Source: Schizochytrium sp. TIO01
Lineage: Eukaryota; Protista; Bigyra: Labyrinthulomycetes
Length of the DNA stretch: 64,000 bases
Direction of reading: 5' to 3'
Assembly (NCBI GenBank): GCA_004764695.1
Contig: SMSO01000014.1
Span: 3,529,648-3,593,647, forward strand
The translations under genes and the position numbers were made by a program. A model generated the notes under the pieces. That model was not told the origin of the DNA. It saw only the letters and a program-made list of their open reading frames with translations, and ran no database searches. Positions within the stretch are counted from its first letter, which is position 1. Each line of letters starts with the position of its first letter. Shown in pieces: positions 13,601-23,910 of the stretch.

Positions 13601-13891
13601 AGCCCATCGTATCTTTGCCTCTTCCAGATGCCTTCGCCCGGTACTGTCTGCCTGATCTTCGAAGAGAAAGTCATACACACGTTTGCAAGCTTTCACTCGT
13701 TGTTTACGCTCATTTTGAGGTATGTCCCGTTCCTCGGACCAAACCTCACAGCAAGTCATAAGTTCTTCAGCGTACATTTTGGCAGACTTACGCCGTAATT
13801 CTCTCCCAGATGTTTTTGTTGAAGGTTTTCGTAAGTCTTTCAGTTTGTCTGCAATCACGCTTGGCCGTGACATTTGGCTGGACCTTGGCAT
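10691..13891 (-). CDS. LRR-containing NEL-type (IpaH/SspH-like) E3 ubiquitin ligase, about 1066 aa
   Basis: Uninterrupted ORF. First ATG is at 13891 (the track start 13909 is TTG; in-frame stop at 13976-13978). Many ~21-22 aa LRRs of the LxVxGxLxLxxCTxLxxLP type. The C-terminal region DACGDKPIWALNQL...RLEIV...DDVCVFLRFEISLKDDLEL...DMLF...FEIWLETWPEWQRQLR parallels the IpaH NEL consensus (SCEDRVALTWNNL...RLEIL...DEIEVYLAFQTMLAEKLQL...EMRF...FTDWFSLWGPWHAVLKR). Catalytic Cys codon at 11447-11449. Confidence 0.85.
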   Translation of the reverse strand: MPRSSQMSRPSVIADKLKDLRKPSTKTSGRELRRKSAKMYAEELMTCCEVWSEERDIPQNERKQRVKACKRVYDFLFEDQADSTGRRHLEEAKIRWALMQHFQSSSSSEKIIEMAERVCEALRHGGFTTVQALRSLTLMQLWDLNLDLPEEDANDQALCVLLKKCPEKPVLDFTSFKLLSSLPDFGELHGTLNVSGLDKLKQLPGSMHVTGSLGLIETGLESLPESLEVDGHLCASRCANLYLRQPLIRLIVQGDMNLSRCTKIRKLRTSARFEVKGNLDLDHCTSLEELGDDLMVGGALTLRDCTSLKRISTYIDVGSYIEMQGCTSLTSIPAGLPIINGLGVSMCSSIKALDFTTSRIKGSLFAANMASLETAPRILEVVQDVLNFSNCPELRRLPSRLRRVGMLDASRCTSLERIPSGLRVERSCNLSGCTSLRSLPSRLRTGNLRLRCCTALEELPADLRVDGDLDLFGCTGLRRLQSDIQERVQGRIHPWNCPNLELPNGWIVNDDLYLTLYDELTYLPEHLEVFGDVWIIANSLTKFPKGFKPHLNVYSSEAECLETLCDDLHVPGSLLLPKCRNLRSLGRHLQIGGNLDLGGCTALARLRSIEVGQSLNLRDCVALCKLPRRFTVGEDLSIEGCLNITELPTCIFDWGPTISGGKHNIYLAGSGITQAMISRLRSSQTRNLRFHFDMRSTVGDILTLELAGSRASRVELDMLNGGEFSSFEHALAFWFRKAGREEPEDTLPLEQYIEPSDRRGVLQFLSKLRLSKEFRNENLQVGLARRVLNALNSVVNDEYARSEIIGHMVDSVDACGDKPIWALNQLTLVGLIGQARGDRNALRRLGLGVMRLEIVHQHCVRKISSLSAADDVCVFLRFEISLKDDLELPVSSEDMLFPQYMHVSDEEIDEARRAALDVSGADFEIWLETWPEWQRQLRLEAAEALIWEELPRNSRRFSLSWTDVMGNNNISDPVRIGSNSTIWSMRDLLKHWIATGLDLNNQTRSIDEIKRLTRARSISGRRQRQDIDEQIPKEQALEQSFPARRKKQPPSQHHRIPVSIESTRVS

Positions 13892-16365
13892 CGTTACAAA
13901 TATCTCCAATTCTTCGCGACGACCGTCACTCGGTGTGCCCTCTTCCTGAAGTTGATGTTGCGAACTCCTTTGATACTACTATTCTGAGGAAGTCTATGTC
14001 CTTCTGTGTTAAGAAGGCTAGAGTTTGACTTAAATTAGTTTGCACGAATGTCTACAAATAACCGAACTCGAGACGACTAAAGAAGAGGGTTGAAGGGCAC
14101 CTTAAGACGGTATACTGCAACTGTCAAGACCAGTAAACACTAATGTAATACCTGGTAAAACCAGCTTTCTCAACGTGAAGAGTCGTGCGTATATTTCTCT
14201 CTCCCGTGCAATGCAGCAACTCTGATGCTTTCTGGGGCGATTCGTAGCACCCTAGCAACGGGTTTCAGGTGTGTCGTTCTCCCTTTCTTTTGAGGTTGCC
14301 TCAAGATGAACCAGCCTTTCGTTGGTCTCTTCGCTCCTGGGCTTCCCTCGCCCTCGACTCTGCTGTCGCTGCTCCTCTTCCCCACTGCAGCTCGTACGTT
14401 GCTTTGCACTCAGCCTTGCGGCTCTCTGCAATTGCACGTTTGCACAAGTGCAAGAGGCCAAAGTTGTGAAGGGGCGATTTCGTAGCTGTCCAAGTTGAGC
14501 CTTTAGGGATGTAATTTGTGTAGGTAATTCATTGATGTAGTGATCTTGGAAGTAAAACAGCGCTCCGACAACAACAAAGAAAACTCGCTCTTTCCATGAA
14601 AACGACGACCTTCAGATTAGTGCGTACCTGCCTGTGCCCGACTACCCTTGAAACCTGCGTCCAATAGCAGAGCACACTGAGCTGCAGCTAATACGTGCAG
14701 GTAATTCTTTCGAGGCTGGGCTTGTATAACTCGAAAATGGCACTCCGAGGATTCAAGCGGGGCCCAGAGGGTGTGTACTACGATCTGTACAAGAAACGTG
14801 AAGGATTCTTTCCAGTTTAGGGGAAGTGAGGTCCTGGTTTCAAGGTGGTGCGATTCCCTTTCAGCCTAAGCACATGCCGACGAATGAATCGAAGCAGATC
14901 GAACTCGGTGTTTCCAAGCTTCGCCTAGCCACACTGCGTGTGCTTGGAGCATCAGAAGTACTAGTAGCCGGACTATTTGGTACAGGAGCGCAGCTCGATT
15001 CGGCGGGGCAAGCTGTGCAGTACGAAATCGGTCTAAATCTTGAAGCACATTATTCTGCATCGGTGAGGATCGATTGCGTTGGCACGCGCTGCGGCCTTGC
15101 AAGATTGACAACTCCAAGTGCATGGATGGCAATAACTGCCTAAAAGCTGAGTTTCGCCAAACTCCTCTGTACAACTTTGCAATTGGCGCTTCCCAGAAAA
15201 GTCATGAAAATAATAATTCTTCGTGGAGCTCAGGAGCGTCTAGGAGTGGAATGATTATAATGTAGGCCAGAAGGAGTTATTGCCAAAGTTTCTGTACTAT
15301 CTCCTATCGCCTCGATGTTTGGGCTCTGATCCCATATTATACTTCCCAGCGCTCTCACTTCGTCATCTTCCTGACAACTGCGCCGTCACCGTAGATCGGC
15401 GACGCGAAGGTCAAGCACAGCTGACCTCCCTCGGCGCGGACTTTATCTAATTGAAAATTGAATTGCGCTTGGACACAGCATTCTGAAACAGGCTTGAGTT
15501 CAGACGTTCATATGTTCTGCACTTGCACAGGACAATCGCGAACTGATCTCGAAGCCCGTGCCTTCAGCGACGCCTATCCGAGAATGAAATGCGAGTGTCT
15601 TCTACTTTTGATCTCCTTCCTATAACACCAGACACCCTCAAAGCCCGTGAACGCTCGAGCAGGCCTCAAAAGATGTTGTCGAAGGCTGGCCGATTGACCG
15701 CCTGCTTCAAACGCGCGGGCTGCGAAGAAATGCGCATGAGGGTAAGGGGTTTGTAAGTGATGTTGGATCCGAGGTGAGATACAACTTGAGAGGTCAGCAT
15801 GTCAGATCTAGATTCTCTTAAATCAGAACAGCCAAACAACAAGGTTGGACTTGAGAGACATCGTTGCAATCGCGCTGCAGCTTTGCGACACCGAACAGAC
15901 TTATCCCTGGATTCCATACGAGGAGGCATTTGATATGATTGTTTTGATCAAAGGATATATGGGATCCATTCATGTCAAGGGCTCAGCTAGAGGGTGGGGG
16001 GGGGGGGGGGCATTTCCCCCCGTAGAATAACTCTTGCATTGAGGAGCGGGGCAAATGAAGCGTATAAATTCCTCAGCACGGCTTCGAGGAAAAGCCTGCC
16101 GAGCTATACTCCACTACGATGCTAATTGGATAGAACTAATTTTTGGATATGAAAATCACTCAACTTATATTTAGTTTTATTGTCAAGTTTACATAACTTT
16201 GTACTTCCTTTGCTTCAATCTAAGAAAAGTAAGAATAATAGGTTACAACAACAAATATTGCACGAAGGCAGCCGCGTATGCATTCTGCAACACTAGACGT
16301 TGAAAAGTTATGAACTGCTACCCTGCAGGCCGTAACAAACGAGGCCACGCTTCTTTCCCCAATAT

Positions 16366-17586
16366 TTATGTTTCTTGAAACTCTAGAATCTCAGCAGCTT
16401 CAGGATAAGAACTCGGCTCGCGATGGGTGAGGGCTATACGGGTAGCAGCAATGCGTTTCTCATAACGTGAAAGCTGCATTTTTGCGCTGACCATATCCAC
16501 ATCGTGGTCTAAATCACGCTTATTGAATGGTTGACAGCCAAACATACGCAGAGTTAGGTCAAGTTCGCGGTACGGTTGCACATTAAATTTTTCGTAGAGT
16601 GAACCCGAGCGCATCGTGCTTATGCTACCGACGTGGTTTGCAGGGGTTACATCGATAGATGCAATTGGGGGAAATCGCAGCAAATGTACCCATAGCCAAT
16701 CCAAGCCCCATCCGCACCGCGTATGATCGTTCATAATGGTAGGCAGGATGTAAAGAAATGCATCCATACGAAAGAATGGTGCCATTATCTCTACAAAGTT
16801 TACATGGTGCATAGCGACACCCCTTTTCACGCGCAAATGAGCGTAGTGGCTTTGTTCTGGATTGATCGATGGTTGGCCCAGCCGGATATCGAAGGCAGCT
16901 GCAAGCCGCAACATCAGATCAACATCCTTTGAGCGCATTTCTACATCATCATCAGGAAGCCAGATATACTCGTAGGATTCTAGATCAATGCTCGGAATCA
17001 ACTCTCGATATACTTGCCACTTGATCCCATGGGCTTGCTTGAAGTACTTTGCATTTGATTTGTAGAAATCTGCAATATCAGGATTATTTCCGTAGTATGC
17101 AACTGCTAAATCTACATTAGGGAGGGACCACCAAGGGTCACTCGCCAGAGCATGTGTTGAATGGTCGCCCGCTGCAATGAGAATTAAGTAACGACCGTGA
17201 ACTTTCGCGAGCTGTTCCAAGGTCCACCAAGCAGGAGGATCGCTTGCATCAAAGGGCGCTGGAGGTACTGGTTCATCATCTACATAAAGCGGATTCCAGT
17301 TGTAGATCACGTCAATTGGCTTACACCAATCTTCCCGCTGATTTGTTTTGATCTGCTTGCCGTGTGGCTGGGTAGGTCGATGCGTGTATGCGAGATGTCT
17401 TAGGTTCAAATAGCCCTCCGGATCAGCGTCCCCCAAAAGAACGACAGAGTCCTGACTCCCGTGTAGACCAGAGAGAGCATAACGTGCTGACTGCTCAGAG
17501 CTGACAATAGTTGACCAGAATTTGTATTCACAGCGACCTATATATAGAACTAGCAGCACCAGGCACGAATAAAAAAGAATGCGCAT
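16366..17586 (-). CDS. DUF707-family putative glycosyltransferase, type II membrane/secreted
   Basis: Likely ATG at 17586 (MRILFYSCLVLLVLYIG hydrophobic anchor). Motifs YEYIWLPDDDVEM, LGQPSI, FVEIMAPFF and GWGLDWLW are typical of DUF707. Confidence 0.8.
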   Translation of the reverse strand: MRILFYSCLVLLVLYIGRCEYKFWSTIVSSEQSARYALSGLHGSQDSVVLLGDADPEGYLNLRHLAYTHRPTQPHGKQIKTNQREDWCKPIDVIYNWNPLYVDDEPVPPAPFDASDPPAWWTLEQLAKVHGRYLILIAAGDHSTHALASDPWWSLPNVDLAVAYYGNNPDIADFYKSNAKYFKQAHGIKWQVYRELIPSIDLESYEYIWLPDDDVEMRSKDVDLMLRLAAAFDIRLGQPSINPEQSHYAHLRVKRGVAMHHVNFVEIMAPFFRMDAFLYILPTIMNDHTRCGWGLDWLWVHLLRFPPIASIDVTPANHVGSISTMRSGSLYEKFNVQPYRELDLTLRMFGCQPFNKRDLDHDVDMVSAKMQLSRYEKRIAATRIALTHREPSSYPEAAEILEFQET

Positions 17587-19977
17587 GTAATTTACAGAGA
17601 AATAATGAGCTTTTTGTGGATGGTGAAAAATGCTTAAGCTCGTTCCTCTCTCAGGGGGTGCGCGCAAAGACCCCCTGCTATGCGATGAAGTACGATAGTG
17701 AATGGTAAGTTTGAGCTTACAAACCTTGGGTGTGATTGCTTGATCGCCTGGAGATTACGCAAGGCCAGGATTCGAGTTTGTTATAATCTTTTCAAACGTG
17801 ATGAGCTTGTATGACTGTGTCGTATAATTAGCTTTTGCTTTGGGGGATTGTTGTTAGAAAGTTGGTCTCCGCTACTAAGACACGCTTCTATTCAGGTTTT
17901 GAACGAATAGAAGTAACTTCGCACAGAGAAAGCATGTACTATTGAAAGAAAGTTGTCGCTGTCTTTTCTACCTCCCAACGAGTTTGTACTGTTGGCCTTC
18001 CTTAATGTAGTCGCCCCGAATTCGTTTTTGCAGTGCCAAAAAGATCTAGGTTTGCCACCCAACAATTTTGGCCACTTGGACGCGCACTTCGAAAGTGCTA
18101 CTCTACGGAAGCTTCAGTCTTACGCTAAACCAGAAGGGGATTAGATAAAGCGAAGAGAGCAGCAAGCGCCTCACAAGGTCAGCAAGAAATGTTTAGAGAG
18201 CTTCAGACTCAAGTCAAAATCTGCGCTGGACAATGCAATTTATGATATTGGATGACACGAACGAGCACCGGAATTCGACAAGACAAGTCAGTGCCCTTTC
18301 CGTTCACGGCTAAGTGTCAGCTATGACACCGCAGGTAAACCTAGCTTCGGTGCCACAGGCTTTTGCCACGGACCTCGATCTGAACAAGAGCGCTCGTCCT
18401 AGCGCTGCGGTTCACGACCTGGTCTACTGAATTTTGGGTGCGCTAGAATCAACCTTTGAACGATGAGACAAACGCAGCCCAACTTAAAAAGTCCTCCCCC
18501 GAACGATTCAAGGTAGGGGCGGGCAACACAGCTGGCCAGCTGCAACAGCCACCTGCCTGGCGCTGGCAGCGAGGGATCCCTCGCTAGGCCTAGCGGAAGC
18601 AGGTTTGCTTGCAAGTTGCTAGCACTTAACTTGCAAGCTTTATGATGCTGTCATAGGACTCTTTTAGAGTATTCTATTAGTAGTACGAGTGCTTCGTGTT
18701 CACGCTTTTAAACAACAAAGTCAAGAAAGAAAGTTGTTGATTAGAAAGACTTGAAGAAGAAGACATCTGAGAAAGTGGTCGAGCGTGGTATTGAGCTCAC
18801 TCGTACGGTGGTGGCGTAAAGAATCTAAAGGAGACTATTCACATGATCTAGCAGCTGCAGGTGAATGATTGAAAAGAAGTGCAAATAAGCACATGCTTTT
18901 GTGACATTGTGCACAACTCAATGTAGAATGACGGTACTTAGGCCTACCTACTTTGGCGACGTGTCACAGGAAGAAGAAGACAATGATGGCTATCGCTCGT
19001 TCATAATGACAATGTCACCAAGAAAGATTTCTACCATAACAAGGAGCTGCAAAAGCTTGTTCTCTACCAAAGGTAGAGGTGACACAAGGACTGCAATTAG
19101 TCGACTAGGTTGCTTTTATTCTACCACCCAAGTGCCGCAGAGCATCTTACGATTCGTTAGAAATGATAGCAAGTGATATGAGTGATACCTGCAAAGAACA
19201 GAGGGCTTATGACATATGCAAGCGCTCAAGATCGCCAGATGTACCTACACAGTTCAACAGAGAGATGACCACCACTATTCATGCGAGTCGATCAGGATCT
19301 GTTTCCGAAAGTGGGTGTTGAATTTTTCGCTGGGTCTTTTTGATGTATCGGTGCGCATTGGGTTGTGCACAACTCAATATGTGCTGCTAGCTATTTCTAC
19401 TCTAGGGCAGTTGTCAGTGACTATGAACCGCCGGTATTGCTGTATTGCTGCTGGTCAATACAAAATCTCAAATTCATAGGAGTGATTATCCTGAGGTTTA
19501 TCTTTTCAAGGGTAAATCAAGTTAAATCTCGCACTCGAAGCTGATCCTAGGATCAATGTAAAGCAATAACCAATCCCTAATTATATGGTCGAGGACCATG
19601 AGTGATTGTTTTGGCTTGGGTTTTTACCCAAGCTAAAAGATGAACTTATATCTGTTATATCTGACTGTGAGAGTGACCTCTAATTAGACATAATCTATCA
19701 TTCGGGCCTAGATAGTCTAAACAAACTCTACTTAATGGAGTTTTGCAACTTCTAATGTTTTTGGTAAGAGTAAAGTTGTTTCAATGGATAATCTATGATT
19801 ACCCAAATGCCGGACTTAGGCCACTTGACTCGACGTGCTGTGGATCTACCCCACTACGATACTTGAGCATATTCGATTTTTACAGGAGATTCCTGCAAAC
19901 ATTCTACTGCCAACTGTTGCTGCGCTCTTGAGGTGTTATTGAGGCCTTGGGGGGAGCATAAGTAATAGATTGCCACG

Positions 19978-21313
19978 ATGGCAGCAACACGTGCAACTCG
20001 TGGGATCTTGGGAGGTCTTGTAGTAGTTTCCCTCGAGCAGGCAGTCGCAGCGCCCTTCTGTACAAGCAAACTTGCAGATCAAGGAGCTCGAGTGATCAAA
20101 GTAGAACGCAGACCTCAAGGCGATTTTGCTCGCCACTATGACCGCAACGCAGGAGGAGCGAGCAGCTACTTTGCATGGCTCAATCGTGGTAAAGAATCCT
20201 TTACAGCAGATATTAAAGATGCTGGAGATAGAGAAGATCTACTCAAGTTGATCTCAGGAAAAGCCGACATTTTTGTGCAAAACCTTGCTCCTGGGGCTGC
20301 CGAGCGAGCGGGTTTTGGGAGCGAACATTTGCGTGAACTTAACCCACGGCTTATCACGCTTGATATTTCAGGATATGGAGACGAAGGACCGCGAAGCACT
20401 TATAAAGCGTACGATCTTCTTGTAGCTGCAGAAGCTGGGCTTTGTGATGGTAAGTTTACACCACAGATACATAATTCAAAGCTTGAACCTTTTTAAAAGG
20501 GGTGGTCTATGTATGCGTATATATATATATGCATACAAGCGGAGGTCATCAAGAGCAGGATGGATGGAGCTCGGCTCTGTTTCAAAGAAAACTAACCAGA
20601 TTCGTCGGGTTTTATTTTTTTGGATCAATGTGATAGTCACTGGGTCTCCAGAGGAACCTGGGCGTGTAGGCGTGAGCATCTGCGACATCACTACAGGGAT
20701 GAACGGATATGCTGCGATTTTGCAAGGCCTCTACGAACGTGAGCGGACTGGGCTTGGATCAAGTTACAAGGTTTCTATGTTTGACACCATGGCAGAAATC
20801 ATGAATGTACCCTTTATCCAAACAAAATATAGTGACAATAAAGTCAAGCGCGTAGGCCTTAAACATCCTAGTATTGCACCATACGGAGCATTCACCTCGA
20901 AGGATGACCGAAAGATTTTGATTTCTATCCAAAACGAGCGGGAATGGGTAAATCTCTGTCGTGATGTGCTTCGCGATGTTGATATTTCCACCGATGCCCG
21001 CTTTTCTAATGCCACCGATCGCGTTTTAAACCGCGACGCTTTAGACCAGATTGTTGCGGATGCATTTAGTAAACACAAGGCGGATGACTTAACAAAACTT
21101 CTCCTTGAATCCGGCATTGCATTTGGCGAACTGAATACAGTGGAAGGTCTAGTTTCTCATCCTCAGCTACGCACTTGCTCATACCACACAGAGGAGGGTA
21201 ATCTAATTGAAATTCCGGCCCCTGCCGTGCAACCATTGAAAAGCACTATACGCGATGTCCCCAAGCTCGGCGAACACGACGATGCTATTCGTGACGAAAT
21301 TAGCCGCATTTAA
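19978..21313 (+). CDS. CoA-transferase family III (CaiB/BaiF), two exons 19978-20449 and 20637-21313, 382 aa
   Basis: Motifs VVSLEQAVAAPFC, LADQGARVIKVER, NRGKES, ADIFVQNLAPG, ISGYG and catalytic Asp in SICDITTG. Splicing gives the in-frame sequence GLCD-VTGSPEEPGRVG. Confidence 0.93.
20450..20636 (+). other. Spliceosomal intron (187 nt, phase 1) in the CoA-transferase gene
   Basis: Donor GTAAGT at 20450, branch-like ACTAAC at 20591, T-rich tract and acceptor TAG ending at 20636; removal restores the frame. Confidence 0.9.
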
Positions 21314-21509
21314 GTGAGTGAGAGATATCTTAGTTCTGGAAACATTCTTGATGAGAATTATCAACTGCATCTTCAAACACTCACTATCGTTTAACCCTGT
21401 CAGGAACAGAAGCGATAAACAAATACAGTCGCAAACCGTGTAAGAAAATAGAGAGAGAAATACAGCCCGTTACCCTTTCTCTATTAAGCTGTTTGTTTTC
21501 ACCCCAGGC

Positions 21510-22376
21510 TTATTGTTGTTGCTGCTGCTGAGTGCGAATCTTTTCTCGAAACGCCGCCTGTGCTTCAGCCCAAGCCTGTTGAAAAGCTGCGCCTCCATGG
21601 TTAGCAGATTGCAAACCTGTAACATCAACATCATTTTCTGCGCCATCCTCAAAAACTCTGCGCCACCACACTGTGCGGAGCATATCGGAAAGAATATATT
21701 TAGTCAACGTAATACTCACGCACCTTGTCTCATCTGCTGACGGCTGCAAAGTTGAAGGGAGATCTTGAAGTTCCCACTCCATTTCATTATCTTCTTCATT
21801 TGCTTCACTTTGGCGCCGGCTTGCGGGGATCTGACCTGCTTTATGACGCACAACCGCTCCCCAAACATCCTCAGCAAGTTTTCTATGTAAAATTTCACAG
21901 CTCCCGAACTTGACTATAAGTTCACCTGAAGGTAATAGCTTCACCTTAATATCCTTCGCCTTGGCGCTTTTAGCCACGAAGACATGTACGACGACCTCCC
22001 GTTCACTTTGTGACCAAGCGAACTTTTCCTCCTGGCGACCATTCTTGACAAACTTATCCACACTCGTATCTACCAATTTTGCAGCTGACATTTTGCTGCT
22101 TACGAGTGCTCCTTGAGTCGGTTTTGATACTGCATTGCTTGTCAACAATGTACGCTCATTTGCATCACCACTGTGGTGCTCTAGTGGAGCAGCGTTTGTC
22201 TCAGACGCTTGGACACGAAGGGTTGGCTCTGCGGAAGACCCTCCAAATGTGACAGCAGACGGTGTTTCCAGACGAGTCACACGCGGACCGCTGGGGTTAC
22301 CGTAGGAGTCTCCGAGATCGCTGTCACTGTCGCTGTCATCAAGCTCTAGTTTGTCCCATTTGGAGTAGTCCACCAT
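21510..22376 (-). CDS. CS (p23/NudC-like) domain co-chaperone with N-terminal Cdc37-like DYSKWD motif, 288 aa
   Basis: N-terminus MVDYSKWDKLELDDSD. CS-domain pattern FAWSQSEREVVVHVFV...KAKDIKVKL...WEL...VSITLTK...WWRRVFED. Confidence 0.75.
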   Translation of the reverse strand: MVDYSKWDKLELDDSDSDSDLGDSYGNPSGPRVTRLETPSAVTFGGSSAEPTLRVQASETNAAPLEHHSGDANERTLLTSNAVSKPTQGALVSSKMSAAKLVDTSVDKFVKNGRQEEKFAWSQSEREVVVHVFVAKSAKAKDIKVKLLPSGELIVKFGSCEILHRKLAEDVWGAVVRHKAGQIPASRRQSEANEEDNEMEWELQDLPSTLQPSADETRCVSITLTKYILSDMLRTVWWRRVFEDGAENDVDVTGLQSANHGGAAFQQAWAEAQAAFREKIRTQQQQQQ

Positions 22377-23910
22377 CTTTGCAAGAACGAAGTCGAGTAG
22401 ATTAGGTTTTGAAGAATTGCAGGGACCATTTTTTTTAATTCTCTTGTTCTTCTTCTTCTACAATTCTTATTTTTTAAATTAATATTTATAGGCCAAGGCT
22501 AGGCTAGGCTAGGCCTGTATAGAGCATCTATAGGAGTTTCTCAATCGAGACTTGACTGATGTATCTATCATCTTTGAGTTGTAGCCGGACTCGCGATCAT
22601 TTTAGATGTTTGTTTGTTCGCGTTGCATCCGAAGACAGCTCTTGGTCGTTGCAATCTTGGGATTTGCATTTTGCAACCATGGAATTGCTTGCGTTTTTCT
22701 TTCTTTAGGCCATTGCAAAATTATGTTGTAGCTCGACCTTCGCAACGCGCGCGGAGCGTGCTTAGTATGTGGCCTTGCTCATCGAGCATTGTTTGCGTGC
22801 CTCCTACTCTACTTCTTGACTTGGCCGTGTGATCTTGAATTATGGAAAAATGGAGAACTAGCTTTCATAGGTTTGGTTGCATAAATAAACATATGCTCCA
22901 TACTTCTTGTTCCTCAACGGTTTCTCATTGGGTTTTGGCGTTGCATACACTATGGTTGCGCAAAGCGGCATTGTATTCGTCGTGTTTTTATACAAGACCC
23001 CGATATTGAAAGTTTGGGATGAAGGAATTGGCAACACATCAGACCCATTTCAAGTTTATGGATATTCACATTAGGGAACTTGCACTTGTTGCAAGCGGTC
23101 CAGCAAAGTTGACAATATCCATGCTTGCAGACCTTTCGTGCATTAACAAGTTGTAGTTTCTAACCAGTTTGAGCTTTCTTACGTTTGTGTTTGGTTATAA
23201 TGGTCGCAAAGAATCGTTTTTTATGTTCAACAAGATATTTGCTACAGCACTGAGCGTTATGAAGCTGTATAATGTTTACCGGGGTAGCTTTTAACTGTAA
23301 GAAGCAAAGTTGTAAACCTCGAATGTAACGAAATAGACCTTTATTGCTTAGCTGTTCTGTCATTGCTACCGCCCGCACCCTCAACCCATCTGTCGAAATC
23401 CTGTATAAAATTGTTGAACTCTCCCCGGCCTTCTTTAACATCTTCCCCTTTAAGCAGGATTATAAAATCGCATTTCCATTTCATATGAGCCTCTTATTAG
23501 CATACTTAATGGAGGGCGATGCTCTGATATTGAAGTGGAAGTATTCTTAACGCCATCCCAAGAATTCTGAGCGGGTGAATTCTCAATCAAATAGTGAACA
23601 TTCGCATTTGCTGCCTGCCATGGTTCAAAAGATGGTTTTTGACCTCCAATCTTCATTTTCTTCAATTCCTTTTCATTCGATGGTGAAGTGCAAACTTGTG
23701 AAAGTGCGCAAGTTCATCCTGAAATTGCTAGAAACTGTAATATTATGTATGATCAGGTTTTTTTTGGTGTTGTTGTTGTTAAAATTATTTACTTCAAGCT
23801 ACAGGACTTGAGATGAGTTACGATCTAAGAAACACATAAAACTCTTCAGGAGCGTAAGCATGTACAGTGAACTATCGGCACATGCGCGAAGAGCTCCAGA
23901 AATAATAAAA

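Noticed and set aside
20444-20636. N-terminal ~64 aa of ORF 20444..21313 and the tail of ORF 19978..20496 as separate genes
   Set aside because: This is intron read-through; a single spliced CoA-transferase explains both ORFs.
22600-23800. Stop-interrupted coding-like text on the minus strand
   Set aside because: No family motif was recognised, so it cannot be called a pseudogene without a search.
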